IMG/VR virus record: IMGVR_UViG_3300017782_000093
Source: a virus
Reading direction: 5' to 3' (one strand)
Length of the DNA: 33,593 bases
Shown here: positions 33,472 to 33,593 of the stretch, piece after piece
How the letters are laid out: every line of letters starts with the position of its first letter
How positions within the stretch are numbered: position 1 is the stretch's first letter
Notes under the pieces: generated by a model
Database searches by the model: none
What the model saw: only the letters and a program-made list of their open reading frames with translations
Told to the model about the DNA's origin: nothing
Made by a program: the position numbers and the translations under genes

Positions 33472-33593
33472 TAAAACAATACCCAGATCAAAGTAGTTAC
33501 TATTAGATATGTTATCATAACAGAACCTTAACAGAAAAAAAAAAAAATTACAATAGCGACATCGAACCTTAAACGATTCTAACGAGTGAGTAA
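33471..33593. repeat. Direct terminal repeat, right copy
   Basis: Identical to 1-123. It begins at the first base of the GTG start of CDS 33154..33471. Confidence 0.97.

Noticed and set aside
1-33593. CRISPR array, rRNA, integrase or prophage boundary features
   Set aside because: No regularly spaced direct repeats, no rRNA-like segments and no tyrosine/serine recombinase motifs were seen. The repeats present are the DTR, the single inverted-repeat pair and short regulatory-type motifs.

Overview
This window looks like a complete, AT-rich podovirus-type phage genome. It is bounded by an exact 123-bp direct terminal repeat (1-123 = 33471-33593), giving a unit length of 33,470 bp. There are two convergent arms. 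(1) The plus-strand early/DNA-metabolism arm (1191-7976) starts with an orphan gene that has its own intrinsic terminator. It then carries several small unknowns, a DUF932-like protein and an XRE-type HTH protein. A recombination module follows: YqaJ-like exonuclease, putative annealing protein, SSB, a LexA DNA-binding-domain-only protein and an Hjc-like resolvase. (2) The tightly packed minus-strand arm runs from terS (267-656) across the repeat to 33471 and down to 8193. In order it carries seven small ORFs, five of them strongly basic, then terL, a Gly/Pro-repeat protein, portal, a small conserved protein, scaffold and an inserted 178-aa gene. After these come the major capsid, an 82-aa capsid-adjacent protein, tail tubular A/B-like proteins, three internal-virion-like proteins (162/803/1385 aa) and a T7 gp17-N-like fibre adaptor. 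It ends with two paralogous fibre cassettes that flank a 2OG-Fe(II) oxygenase, followed by a 4-gene lysis cassette (SleB-like endolysin, GTA-type 3-TM holin). I recognised no RNA polymerase, DNA polymerase, primase/helicase, integrase, tRNA or CRISPR array. Structural synteny is T7/BPP-1-like. The low GC and gene content suggest a marine HTVC010P-type pelagiphage, but that is inference only. The most unusual signals are: (a) a ~230-nt highly self-complementary, locally GC-rich element (911-1169) in the divergent control region, with mutually exclusive alternative pairings, directly upstream of the orphan gene; (b) a 20-bp perfect inverted repeat pair (209-228 / 1986-2005) facing outward toward both arms; (c) a reciprocal domain permutation between the two fibre cassettes with an embedded oxygenase; (d) the basic-protein cluster separating terS from terL; (e) an uncleavable LexA-like DNA-binding-domain protein. 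All functional calls rest on motif recognition by eye and on synteny. No searches were run.
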